Shown in pieces: positions 48,910-62,276 of a stretch of DNA of 64,000 bases (position 1 is its first letter; every line of letters starts with the position of its first letter). The position numbers were made by a program, and so were the translations under genes. This stretch comes from Trichinella spiralis (lineage: Eukaryota). Under the pieces are notes generated by a model. It saw only the letters and a program-made list of their open reading frames with translations, did not search any database and had not been told where the DNA came from. The stretch covers positions 4,564,247 to 4,628,246 of the forward strand of contig NW_003526945.1 of the NCBI RefSeq assembly GCF_000181795.1. Reading direction: 5' to 3'.

Positions 48910-51900
48910 AAAAGCAATCATCAATCAAGCAAAGCAAAAGTTGCTTTGTTTCCAAAATATAGATACAACATTAAATGTTTAGTCGTGACCTTAATTCATA
49001 TATTGCTGAGGCGATCAAAAATGGCTTTTCAATGAATTTCTCATGACTTGTCACTATTTCACAACAGAGAAAAAACAACGTGACCCAAGAAATTTCACTT
49101 CATGCTATTTATGAATTGCTGATGATGTGTGCTCATTTATAAATAAACAGACAAACAAACACAATTAAAACCATAATGTAAAAATCAAAAGCTAAAAATA
49201 GATACTCAAAAGTTATTCTGACTGAAAATTATAATTTTGGGTGTTCTTTTTTTAATTATTATTTTACGCTTCAAAATACTTCAAGCACGTAAAACCGCTT
49301 TATAATGCAATTTAGTTGAAATATTAAAATTAAAGAAAAATCAAAAAACCGATCAAGAGAATGTTGTTTCTATCCAAAATACACCGTCATTCAAAGAAAA
49401 AAACCAACAGCCTCCACTTATTCTATACTGTTTTTTAATCAGCAGTTAATTTTAACCAATTCTACTTACAATTCTGCTTCAACTACCGACCAGTTGTTCA
49501 GTTCATCGGATAATTTCATTTTTTAATGATAATTAAGCAGGCTATAAGCATACTGTCTTCATATTAATAATTACAGAAAGATTTTTCAATTCTACAAATC
49601 ATTTATTCATCTTATACGATTTTTGAATGCTACATTGAATCGAATGTTTGAAATGTTGAAATTGGAGGTTGAAAATTGAATCAGAAAAGGTAATAGGACT
49701 AAATCTTTTGAAATCTTTAAACAAATTACACAATCGTTGGCAATTCTTTCAACAGCTTCAAGTTCTTTATCCAGTCGGCGTTTGAGCATTCTAGCTCACA
49801 GAAAGAAAACAAATAAATGTTTTGTTTTACAAGTAAGCAGTTTAAAAATCTCTAAGCATTACTCTCAGTTGCACAATCAATCTGCATTCAAATAACAGAT
49901 TCAACTCAATAAAATTGAGACTACTGTAGTCTAAAAATAAAAGAACACGATACAGTAATGCAGTGTAATATCTAGTGCATTTGTAGCTGAGCATATCTGT
50001 CTTATTTTAGCTCGAGGACTGAAACTTCCCACATCGTGATGATAATTCAAGCAAATGAACTGTTATATATTTCTCTCATTGTTCGTACAACAACTTTTAC
50101 TTCAGCCTCAACGTTCAAGCAGAAAGCATGAAAGCAGTAGAAAAGAAAAGAAAAGAAAAGAAAATATAACCATCACTAGCAAGCAGTTCAAGATATTCAA
50201 GATACTGTTGACTGATTTTGTCATGCATCTCATTTGAATTTCCAAAAAATTAACGACTATGGTAAAATTGAATTACAACGGCAATGTCATTTCAGTCACA
50301 AATGGATAAAATTCAATTACAACTTGCACTGGTTTTCGATTGAACAAAAAAGATTTTTGCATCCCTATTCTGTTTTAAAAATGATAATCATAATTTCAGC
50401 AGATCTAACCAATTTTGCCAGTTTTGCTAATTAATTAATTAATCGGTCTATAATTTAACATTTTAAACTTGCACGTTTTGCTCAAATAAACTTCATTCAA
50501 CAATTTCCAGACCAAATTTCATGCAATCAATCAGTTAATCATTATAATAATTTTGAAAAATCGCAACAGATATAATGCAAATTTCTATACACTGATAAAA
50601 TGCATTCATTTCGAAATATGAAACTCAACAATAAGAACACTATCGAGACATGCGTGTCTAATGATTCTAATGATGATTATTAAAATTATCTACCGTATCA
50701 AAGTCATTGCTAAATTTCATTTCCTCTTGCTCCACAAAATTAACTGCATAACATTTTTGAAGCTTATCGATATATATATATATAACTGCATTTTATTGTA
50801 TCATTTTAAATATTTACTTTTCCATAAATTTTCTTTTTTGCACAATTATCGACAATTTAAACTAAATTCTAAATAATAATAACAACATTTTAATAATAAT
50901 TTAAAGTTCAAACAATATAAATAATAGAAGCACCGTAGCAGTTTACAGAAAACATAAAAGTTCTAATTTAAAAAAGCTGATAATTGTTTTTTAATATTTC
51001 AAACAGAAAATTATACAATCCTCGCATCTGAGTATTGATTTTTCTAAAGAAAAAAAACCATTTTCCTTGTTTTAGGCTTAATTTCTCATCAGGCATTGTT
51101 TTTTATTTATTAAATATATAAATTACTTATGAGATATGAGACAATAGGTTAAATGAGAAAACTGCACCGTCCAAGTTGCACGCTTGATCTCGTTGATAAA
51201 ACGTGACTTATTTAATATATTCGTGTTTGTTTTTGGTAATTAGCAATGATGATAAGCAAATTTTCCAATCTCAAACAACGCTAAATGCTTGTTTCATTTC
51301 TGCTTTTGCTATTTCACAGCAACTAGCACCATCTGTGTGCACTTCTGTACGCGTGTATGCTAATTTTGCAAGTAAATAAAAATAATAATTCTGGAAACAC
51401 TAATCGAAAGATAAATCTGTTTGAAATTTGACTGTTCAATACATAATAAATATGAAAAACAATCATATTTGTGAATAAAGTAGTGAATTTCAAATACATT
51501 CTGTTTTATCTATTTTTAAAGAGAAACACTAATTTGTTTTAAAGTGTCGCTAAATCGGTGATGTGGTTATGCTTTCTGCTAGGGAAAGTGGGATATGAAT
51601 TTAACATATGCATGCGCTAAATGTTGACCTGTAATTAGTGTTAAACGCGTGTCTAGCAGACGTAGGTGAATTTTTAATGGACCCAAAATGGTCAGACCTA
51701 GGCAAGGCGCGTGCGAACGCCCTCTGTTGCACAACAGCACCAGCCAGAAGCTGCTATCATAAATCGATCGCTATCTTGGGGCCGGATCTGCGACAAAGAG
51801 CTCACGCTGGTAAAGACGACAATGCCAACCTAGTAGAATTGCGGACGCCAATCAGATCACGGAACTACGTCGAGTCCGGTTTAAGCGGTCCGCATGAATG

Positions 51901-52074
51901 GGAACAAAGCGGCTTTGCACCAAAGTCATTTTGACACATTACCTTATACAAAATCTGAAAGCAACGTTGGCCAGAAGTTCGTATCTAGTAGTAAGTAACA
52001 GCATTTGCTGAAAGAAATACACTTTATCTTACACTAACGAGATCATATATCTTATTGTGAACTTAATATATATA

Positions 52075-52105
52075 TGTGTATGTGTGTGTGTGTGTGTGTG
52101 TGTGT
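52075..52105. repeat. (TG)n microsatellite abutting a splice acceptor
   Basis: About 12 perfect TG units from 52081, then TTTCAG acceptor ending at 52110. Confidence 0.9.
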
Positions 52106-52130
52106 TTCAGGCTTAATTGCAGCAGAAGCC

Positions 52131-55100
52131 ATGGACACAGCGGTGAAAGGAGAGCCAGCACAATCATTTTCACTTGACAGTGCTTTTACAGAGTTTCGGT
52201 CTAACTTCTACGATCCCGGAGATTTAGGATCGTTAGCAACAAGACTAGGATGGAAAATGTCTTCACCGGATTTGGGCGTGACTGGAACATCAACCGTTTC
52301 ACATACACCGGCCATGTTAGTACAATCAGCAACTCCATCAGCTGGTTTCAATCATGTATCAAGACCCTGTTTTCCATGTCCAACATTACATCTGAGCACA
52401 CGACATAGCATGAACGTCGGGCATTCAGGTAAATGGATGAAAAAGAATTTTTATAATCGTTGCAGACGTTTTCATTTATAAACATACGTAAATTTGAAAG
52501 TTAAATGCCAAACTAAGACAACAAATAAGATTCAATAAGCACACTTACAATATTCACGCTTACACTTTCAGATTCATTTTTCACATACGCTATTTTAGTA
52601 AAGCTAACTCACAAAAAACTAAATATCACAATAGTTCTTTGAAACAAGATATTAAATATTCTTCCAACTGAAGCTGCATCTGAAGAAATAAAAATCACGT
52701 CATTGAAGAAGAACTCCTTACGTGCGTGTTAAATCATAAAACTTTCAAGTTTGCAAATATTAATAAAGCATACTGATAAGTTTTCAAAACGGGACTATTC
52801 AATTTGTAAAATATAAGTCAAATAACCTTTGATCAATGGAAATTACAGGCATTCTCTTTCATTGTTATACAGCAGCTAACGCTACATAGTTCATATTTAA
52901 CTAATTCACTCTAAAATATTTGCCATTCTCAAGATCATCCATCATTTGTAATGAATTTTTGATATGTTAATTAATTTATTTATATTTATAAATAATAGAA
53001 AGTTTGTTTCGGTTAATCATTTCGCTGCAAATGAAATGCAACACAAATTCTTCTCAATAAATTTACGCTCATCCAGATGCAGATATGCACACTTTTTGCT
53101 TTGAAATAAATTTACATGAATGCTTCGAAAAGTGCAATGCTATCATAACCCATTCCTGAAATTGCATAGATGAAGCTACTTTTGCTTAATAATATTCATC
53201 ATTCACATTTTTACAGGCATTACAAATGGCTTACTAATATCTGCTATTTATACAACATCCCAGTTCTTGTCAAATGCTTTTTTAATGATGAAAAATGATG
53301 CAACTTTGTTCAGAAAGGAATAGTTACAAATGACAGTATTCCAAGTATAAGATTTTTCATCTAAATACCCAAGACGTAAAAATAATATGGTTCATTGTAA
53401 TTATCAAAGAGAATAATATATTAATGAATACTTCAAATAACTACTTGAAAAGCTTCACATTTGCAGCAAAGAAAGGCGTAGGATAAATTTATCAAAAAAA
53501 ATTAGACGAATGACCATTAGAAATAGCATTATCTCACAGAGCAGTTTCTATTTTCATGTTTTCATATACCTGAAGTTACATGGGTTGATTTAGATATTTT
53601 TTCCTTCAAAGTGGATTTAACAAATTACTCGAGCTTACTTAAGATTATACAATTGTAAAAGCCAACTTGTTTCAACTTGCATACAAGAAGTAATTTTTTG
53701 GATTTACTGTTTTGAATTATAAAATTATGTTGTTTTTTAAATATCCTTCGTCCTAAAATCCTAAATATTTTCTTGTCAAAAATGAAGAACTACAAAAGTA
53801 GAGCCGCTTGCATAGCTACAGCGTAAATTACAGTCGTTTTGCTATTGTTTCTAGAATTCTGCTTTGAGTCGATGAAATTATCTAAATAGGCTTTCTGCTT
53901 CCACTGAGTGCCTATAATTTTCAAAGCGTCAATACACTAATTGATCCTAATATAGTGATCCCATTCTAATGAGCAGATCTGACAGACCAGAACTAAGAAT
54001 CGGAATTTACCAAAACACGCCAAAATACCCAGTGTATGTATGTATGTATGCTTGCAAAATTTCCATATGATGTTTTCTCAGATAGGAATTACTTTGGATT
54101 CAATTTAAACCAGCTTGCGTGTTTAATTTTACCTTTTGAAAATTGCTTTCTGACAATTGAATAAATTCAAAGAAAACAAAATTAGCAAAAGCAAAAAAAT
54201 TACTCTTTGTTATGGAATTTGCGTAAGCAAAATAAAAAAAAGTAAAGCAAAGAAGAATAAAATGATAAAGATTGCTTTGCCAAATCTGATCACGTCGATA
54301 GCACTGTGGTGGGCAAAGGGCCACTTCAATCAACTCTGTTTTGTTCAATTACGCAACTAGAGGGCCGCTAACGTCGTCAGAATAGCGAAAACAGCAATTT
54401 GCCCAATTTCAGAAAAAGAGCGTAACAAGCATGGTCCGGTGGCGGCAATCAACGCCCCTCTTTTGGGCTTCGTTAGCCGTGCTAACATAGTCCCATTCTT
54501 GATTCACTCATCTAATTAGCGGTCCAGTTTTGAATGTGTGAAGTGACTGAAATTTGTTCAGTGTCGGGGTTAAGGACTTTAAAGATACTCCAACAAAGGA
54601 AACTGAACTCAACCAAACATCAGTGAATCACAAGTGCAAGAAGGCCGTCGCCTACTTAATTGCCGACAAATTTTTGTCAAGGATAGAATATGATGCTTAT
54701 TGCTGAACATCTCTTCATCGTACGGAAAATATTAGCTTCTTTTTACAGTACAAAATTTGATGTTGTTGTTTTTCAGATGCAGCTACTTCATTAGGACTTT
54801 GTTTTAATGTCTGATTTCGAAGAGAAGAATTTCAAACTGATTAGTAAAAGCAATTATTAAATAAAGTATTTCATCATCAATTAATGTTAATAACAGATCG
54901 TAAGTTTCACCAGTTACAGCTGTCAGCTTTCTTGATCATTTTTCAATCTCATTAAAATGATGCACTATTAATGAAAACAATCATCTTCACAAGCTTCTAC
55001 AAGGAAGAAACATCACACCCTCATTACAATAAAAAGACTAAATATCCATGCTATAATTATCTAATGCAATAATTCAGCATCTTCTGAGCATATGATACCA

Positions 55101-56399
55101 TCGGTTTCATTAGATGAATACAGCATTTCCTTCGATGAAAACATTAGAGAGTGAAAAGCATTTCCTTAACTCTCATATATTATTTAATTGATATATATTT
55201 ATTGTTGATACGAAAATACAGACATGAAAAAGCTTTCCATATTTTACGCTTCGAATAAACTATTAGCAAAACATTAAGTGCTTACAAAACACAACACTCG
55301 TTGATTGACCTGGATCAGATTCGAATAATGTAAAATTTGAAATATAACTTTCTGATAGGAATTTATGAAATTTTTCTTAATGCATTACGAGAGATTATGA
55401 ACAAAAATTTAGTGAGCACGAAAGTAAGTGAGAAAATAAAATTTTTTTCTTCTTTGAATGTAATCATATTTAATTTTATGATTATTTTGAATAATTCTAT
55501 ATTTCTGTTGAATTTATTAGGAAACGGACAAATTCAGTTATGGCAATTTCTACTAGAGCTTCTGTCCGATGGACGCAATATGGAATGCATCACATGGGAA
55601 GGCACTAATGGTGAATTTAAACTAGTTGATCCAGATGAAGTTTCTCGAAGATGGGGTGAAAGAAAATGCAAACCGAACATGAATTATGACAAACTGAGCA
55701 GAGCGTTACGCTACTATTATGACAAAAACATCATCACAAAAGTACATGGAAAACGTTATGCGTATAAATTTGATTTTCAAGGTAAAATGCATTCGCTAAG
55801 CTGAACATGACACTTCAATTAGTTAATCGTCAAAACAACAGTTTCATATATCATTTTATGAAAAATAACAACAACAACAACAAAAGTAATAATAATAATA
55901 ATTTTCTTTAAATATCTCTTTTCAACTTTTCATCAAATTAATATCTGTTAGAACGTCAGACCTGTACCAATTAATTACCTTATTTCATTTCTCGTACTGT
56001 AAACACAGTTGTACAGTAATATGTTTAATGTTTTTTATTTAGATTTTCTATTTTGATAGCGTAAATTGTTGTAAATGCATTCCAGGTATCGCACAAGCAA
56101 TACAATCACAGACAGGCTCTTCAGCGACAGAAATGTTCGCCCATTCGGCAGCTGTTAGACTAACAAATGAATTTACTATGCAACAACCTCCAGGAATCAA
56201 TGGATGGTCAAGTTATCCACGACCCATGAATCTGATGGCAACGCCTCTTACAAACAATCCTGCTGGTCTTTTCTCTGCTTCTGTGGGATATCCACATCTT
56301 GGCTCTCCCGGGGGATCATCTGCGCGCAATTTTCCATTTTGTTCAAGAACTATGAACAACTCGGGATGCAATTTTACAACCTACACTAGAAATTTCTAA
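52131..56399 (+). CDS. ETS-domain transcription factor, ERG/FLI1/FEV class (ast-1-like), 3 coding exons; start may lie in an upstream exon
   Basis: Exons 52131-52428, 55521-55781 ([17 protein letters not shown]...[62 protein letters not shown]) and 56086-56399 (GIAQAIQ...). Both introns are phase 1 GT-AG. No PNT domain seen. Confidence 0.92.
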
Positions 56400-57950
56400 A
56401 CCCGGTCGATGTACTCTAGATTTCCCATATTTAAATAGTTCTCACTTGAAAGTTCTTGTAATTGTTGTAACAATATTACAGTTGCAGAATGATAAATATT
56501 GATACTGCATGCCCTGATAAATCACATGCGGATATAACGATAGTATATTTAATTTTTACGTCGATGAAAAGCGATTTTCAGCTTTTTTTTTTCATTGAAA
56601 TGGTATTTAGTACTTTAGAACAAGACATCGCAAAACAAATCACTCTATTTAAAATAGTTTATATATGATATTTAATAGGATACAATAAAAGTTAAATAAA
56701 TCATCAGTGTAATAAGAATTTCATATGACACCCGTCCTGTTAACAAAAAATACACTACAGTTCAAAGTCCGATCAAATTTTCACTTTAACAAATTTTGTT
56801 TTAAAACTAGTAGGGTTAAAATAACAAAGTACTTTTTTGGTTTTGGCAGCTACTAAAAAACAGTCCAATATTATTAAATTAATAAGCCAAATAAAAAAAT
56901 ATGATTCTAGTTTCTGAATATTTATGCAAACTGATAAACACAGTGAGTCATATTGGAAACTAAAATTATTCAAACTTGCATATATTAAAACTACCGTAAG
57001 AAAACACGTCATACAAAACTGTATGAATTACAGCAACTAGCCGTAGCTAGGGAAGATGTTTACAATTATAACAAAGCGATAATTAAAGAAAAAAAGATTA
57101 GTGAATATCTACTTTTTTTTATCCAGATTAAAAGTTGCAATATTAATAACCCATAAGAAGTATTAGAGAGAGAGAAATGGGCAGCTGCGTTTGAAACTGT
57201 CAGTGAAAACAACCAAAAGAAAAATCTCTACTACAGAACAGTGTTAAAGTCTATAAACAGTACAGACAACAAAAAATCAATGCTTGCAATAACATCTTTA
57301 AATAATTTACTAGCCAACAGCACTGACGACTAAGTATTGAGCAGAAATGAACAGCCTCATTCAAAGTTCAAGTATCAATACAAACAGAGCAAAGAATCAC
57401 TAGTGTAGAAAAGTACAAAAAGAACAAAAAGAAGAGCAAACCAACACGTTCATCGATGAAATAAATCGCTAATAAACAACATTATCAAATGGTAGACGAA
57501 CAAAGCAGAAAAAGTGAACCAGCAGCACAACACAATGAATGCAAGCAAATATTGAAAAATCTAACAAACAAAAAACAAAAATAGCAACGGAAGCTTACCT
57601 AACACGATGACAGTATAAGCTGCTGCGACATTGAGGAGATTGAAAAACACAATATCAAAAAAAAGTTGAGTTCATTTGGAATAGCCGCGCCCGCAAAGTA
57701 AAAATCACGTTACCACAATCATAAGTCAAATGATAGGTATAGTAACAGGTAAAATTCAATTCTCATGTACATCAAAAAAAATTTTTTTTTAATTTATTTT
57801 TATTATTATAATTTTATAATAATTCATAATAAAATTGAAAATATATGAACAGTAATAATAATAAATAATATATAATAAATGTTAATATAAGATGATCAAA
57901 TTAGTTTATAGGTTAAAATTAGGTTAATTGGATCACATAATTTGCATATT

Positions 57951-58945
57951 TCATTTCTGCTTCGGGAAAGCCGCCAATGCGTCTTTCGTGCCTCCAATAA
58001 CAAATAATCCAAACTGCAACGGTGGGTCAGCAATTTTCAATTTAAGTTCCTTTTCTATATCTCTGTCTGCAAATACAACGACTCTTCTTTCCGCTGAACG
58101 CAAACAAATTTTTCTTATCGAATCCAACGCATTGTGCAGGCGGTCATCAAATGCAGCGCTTCTTTCACCACTGCAGTTTTCTTGAAGCTTCAGTGAACTT
58201 CTGAAAAACAAATTTACAAACTTTTCACATTTTTTAAAAGTATAGACTCTATATCACTTTATTAAGATTATTTTGAATATCTACGAGAAAAGATAAAAAT
58301 TTTCATCTTAATCTAAGCATAGAAAGGATATACTCGAAAATTATCTAAAATTGGGCTGTAAAGTTCATCTGTAAAAATTCAATTCATACTTGTAGGTTTC
58401 ATCAATACGATGTCCACGCTGAACAACGTATGATCGAAGTTGGTTGCGCAAGTAATCATCTTCGCCTAATTCACTCAAACCTCCTTCAATTTTGATATTC
58501 AAAGTTCTCCATCCATTTTTGACTCCACCTTCGTACCCTTGTAAAAAAATCAGCAAATTATCATATACATGATGATCATTTGTATTTGCATAATGTTACC
58601 TTCAATGAAGTTAATAGCTGCAGCAACACACTTGAAGCTCGGCTCGCAAATCACATCGGTGATATTTAAGCCCGCATCACATGATGCTGCACCCATAAGG
58701 CGGGATTTTCTTTCAACCAGTGGAACGTACGGGCCGTTCCATAATGCCTCGTTTTCCCCTAAAAGTGGTATACGGTCAGTATGTATTTCTTTATTCAAAG
58801 AAAGTTCATTACTGCATTAATGATTACCTGCACTGAGAAGTGGAAGAGATACTTGGTTATCTCGAATCAAGATGAACCACAGCATCGAATTAGGATCCTC
58901 ATAATAAGCAGAGGAGCGAAGAGAGGAAACTTCGATTTCAGACAT
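57951..58945 (-). CDS. Histidine phosphatase (phosphoglycerate mutase/STS-UBASH3-like) fold protein, catalytic residues degenerate, 4 exons
   Basis: Exons 58945-58828, 58758-58600, 58537-58390 and 58200-57951 join in frame via GT-AG introns: ...WFILIRDNQ...SRLMGAASCDAGLNITDVICEPSFKCVAAAINFIEG...LNIKIEGGLSE...GERSAAFDDRLHNALDSI...RVVVFAD...PKQK*. The gene structure is well supported; the family call is by eye. Confidence 0.62.
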
Positions 58946-59303
58946 GCTTACAGGTCTGCTCACAACACAACAATCTCGATGTATGAAATGAAAACTGAAT
59001 TCACTCCTGTATTTAGTGTTTTAAATTTAAACAATTGTTCTTTAAAATAAATTTAAACTTTTCAAGTTTAAAAGTTTCTTAATAATACACCAATGGTTAT
59101 TGCCGTCTAGTAGATATTTTAAAGAATATAATTAGAACTACTAATTCAATTAAGCATTATTCAAAAAAGTACAGTCATTTTTTTTATTTGGCATCTTTTC
59201 TTTCGCATTGCCATTTTTCTTGCAATTGTATTTGCAGCTCTGTATCTGCAGAAAAACGAGTGGATCAGTTGATTCTTTTACATCTAGAGTCTAGAATCTA
59301 AGC

Positions 59304-59329
59304 ATATATATATATATATATATATATAT
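59304..59329. repeat. (AT)n microsatellite
   Basis: About 13 AT units read directly. Confidence 0.9.
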
Positions 59330-59975
59330 TCAAATTTATTTCAATTTTTTTCACACAATCGTCCTCTGTCGCAAATGAACACTGTACTGCTTTTCAGAAT
59401 ATACGCAAGTTGCATGGGAAAATTTATAAAATCATGCGAGCAAATATGACCATTTAATTTCAACATGCAGACAACAGAATTGCGTTAATTCATAAACTAT
59501 AGAAGAACGACTTCGTCAAATGAAAGAAAGCTTAAAATTGAATTACATTTGCTAACTGCATCATAAACTAATTTGTTGGATAGATTCCTTTTACAGAGAG
59601 AAGTTTTACAAACTGTCATCATATCCTCTGAATATGTTTGTTAGGGTTTGATTTAAACAAACTATATACTGCTGAATAATAATGTTTCACAATATTTTAT
59701 AATTTATTTTCATGATCGAATGGGAAAAGAAAAAAAATCAAAGAGAGAAAAAAAGGAACTCCAATAATAAAACACTGACATGCTTCGATTGTATTTGGGT
59801 GGGAAAAAATCATCCATCAATTCTATCAAATGGATGAATACTGTTGTCGCAGAATAAAAGAGTTGTGAAATTTGTATTTTTTTTAATCAATAACCAAACG
59901 CCAGCAAAACAGGTACGATGCAGACTAGCAGTGCAAAAATGCATGCATTACGTACGAGTCTGAGTCTGAGCATGC

Positions 59976-62182
59976 TCAAGGGTAACGCTCGAGGAGCATC
60001 GCGTGGCCAAGACCGCCGGATGCACAGGCCGATACGAGTGCATACTTGCCGCCTGTGTCGATCAGGCGATTCGCTGCGTGAGTGACCAAACGGATACCAG
60101 TTGCCCCGAACGGATGACCAATGGACAACGAACCTCCCCAAGTATTCAGCTTTTCCAAAGGAATCGCGCCGACCTTCAAAGTTGAGCACACAACATGAGA
60201 CTGACATGATCGCTCAATTTTGCGTTCAACAGCACCAGCTTACCTTGCTCGACTTGCCAAGGAATTTTTCGGCGAACAAATCTGAATCCAACGCTTTCAA
60301 ATTAGCAAGAATTTGCCCCTTGAAAAGAACACAAAATCAAAATTGAATCAAATAATAATACTAATAATAATAATAATAAGCCTTACGGCAAATGCTTCGT
60401 GCATTTCGAAAACATCAATGTCGCTAATTTTCAGTTTTACTTTGCCCAACAATTTTGGAACCGCGTACGCAGGTCTGAACAAAACAAAAAAACAGTAACA
60501 TCGCAACAAGGAGTTGCTGTTGCTCGGCAACAAAATTCACCACACCCCAACAGAAGCTGATCTTTCGGATCCTGTGCCACGTAGACATAATCGCGCAGGT
60601 AAACTTTCGGTTTCAAGCCCAACAATTTCGCCTTGGCTTCAGAAGTTATCAAACAAGCCGACGCCCCATCACTCTGAAATCAAACAGTTCTGATTGTGCA
60701 AGTTCCCACGGCTAACAATAATGGTAGGATAAATAACAAACCAAAAATGAAGAATTTCCAGCGGTAATGGTACCGACATGCTTGCGAAATACTGGCTTCA
60801 ATGATGAAAGTTTTTCCAAAGTTGAAACTCGAATACCGTTGTCGTGATCAATCAATTTTTCCGTGTCTAAACACAAACAAATAAATAAATAAACTCTTTT
60901 TCATTTAATCAGAACTTTATCAAAGCAAAAATAGAAATTTACTTGGCAATACAATTGGGATGATATCCACCATCTTCCCCTCGTCAAACGCCTTCTTGGC
61001 CAGCATGTGACTTCGCAGTGCGTACTCGTCCTGAGAACAAAACAAACAGAGCAATTTATTCAAAAAGAAAAAAACAAAATTCGAATTCACAATTAACACA
61101 GCACTTGTTCTCTTCTAGAAACTTTGAAAGAAGAGGCCAAACGATCACCTGAATGTCCCATTGTTTCGCTGGACGAAAATTCAGAAACGGATGGAAACTG
61201 CAAGCATGATGATGTCGACAAATATAAAACAAACAAATAAGAATAATAACCAACGCCCACTTACTTCAATGTTCCAGTTGGCAGGATTCAGCAAGCCAGA
61301 AAGAATCTTCAACCGCTTCGACATCGATTTCGCGCGACTCAAGTCCAACATCCCGCATCGCAGCTGACGACCCAGGCGAATCGGCACATCGCTCATCGAT
61401 TCCACACCTCCGGCTAATGCAACTTCACAAACTCCTGAACGAACCGACTCCAAGCCTGAGATGAAAAAAGCAGTGAAAACAACAAATCAACACGTCCAAA
61501 GCACGATGTAACTGTGATCGTTTTCGAAACCGACTTACAGCTAGTTATAGCCTGATTGGACGAGATGCAGGCCATGGTGACCGTGTGCGCGGGAACAGTA
61601 TTCGGAATACCGGCGTGCAGTGCAGCCTGTTGGTGTTCAGAATTTAAAACAGGCAACAATTATGTTTTGGTTTTAATATCAAAGCTCAAAAAAAAACCTC
61701 TCTTGAGACGTTCGTTGTTCGAGCCTCTTGTATCACAGTACCAGATACAACGTACTGAACAGTACTGGGCATAATCTTCAATCTGCGAAGCAGACCTCTG
61801 AAAAAGAAACTGTCACATTTTCAGAGCAGCAGCAACACGTCGTGGTGGTCAATTGACCAGTGGACGAGTAGAATTCAGAAATAAATATCCACAGCTGAAA
61901 TATCGTACAACAAGCGCGTACTTACAAGAATGCGTATTTCTGTAGTTCGTAACTAAGCAAGCTCTTGTACAACGTGGAAGATTGAACAAACGGTGTTCGA
62001 ATGCCGTCGACCATAACAGGCACTGTTCGATTTTGAAAAACAATAAAAGAAAATCATCCGTTAAATTGATCAAATATACTGAATTGAACAGAATAAAATT
62101 AATTACAATTCTGACCGGCTGCTGATGCGTAATGACGTGACAAACGAACAAAAGACGAGACAAAGCAGCGCTGACTGAACAT
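59976..62182 (-). CDS. HADHB: Mitochondrial trifunctional enzyme beta subunit (3-ketoacyl-CoA thiolase), multi-exon
   Basis: Exon 1 62182-62116 encodes an Arg/Ser-rich presequence [22 protein letters not shown], then [127 protein letters not shown]. Confidence 0.95.
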
Positions 62183-62233
62183 TTTTTTCTCTTTTCTTTC
62201 TTTGTCCACAAAATAAAATATTCAAAATTATGC

Positions 62234-62276
62234 AAAAACAAACAAACAAACAAACAACAACAACAACAACAACAAT
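62234..62276. repeat. Compound (AAAC)n/(AAC)n microsatellite upstream of the thiolase start
   Basis: aaaaacaaacaaacaaacaaacaacaacaacaacaacaacaa read directly. Confidence 0.8.

Noticed and set aside
59967..59978. Palindrome TGAGCATGCTCA over the thiolase stop; possible readthrough or SECIS signal
   Set aside because: The protein ends at the normal HADHB C-terminus (ERYP), the extension carries no targeting signal, and no SECIS core is evident.
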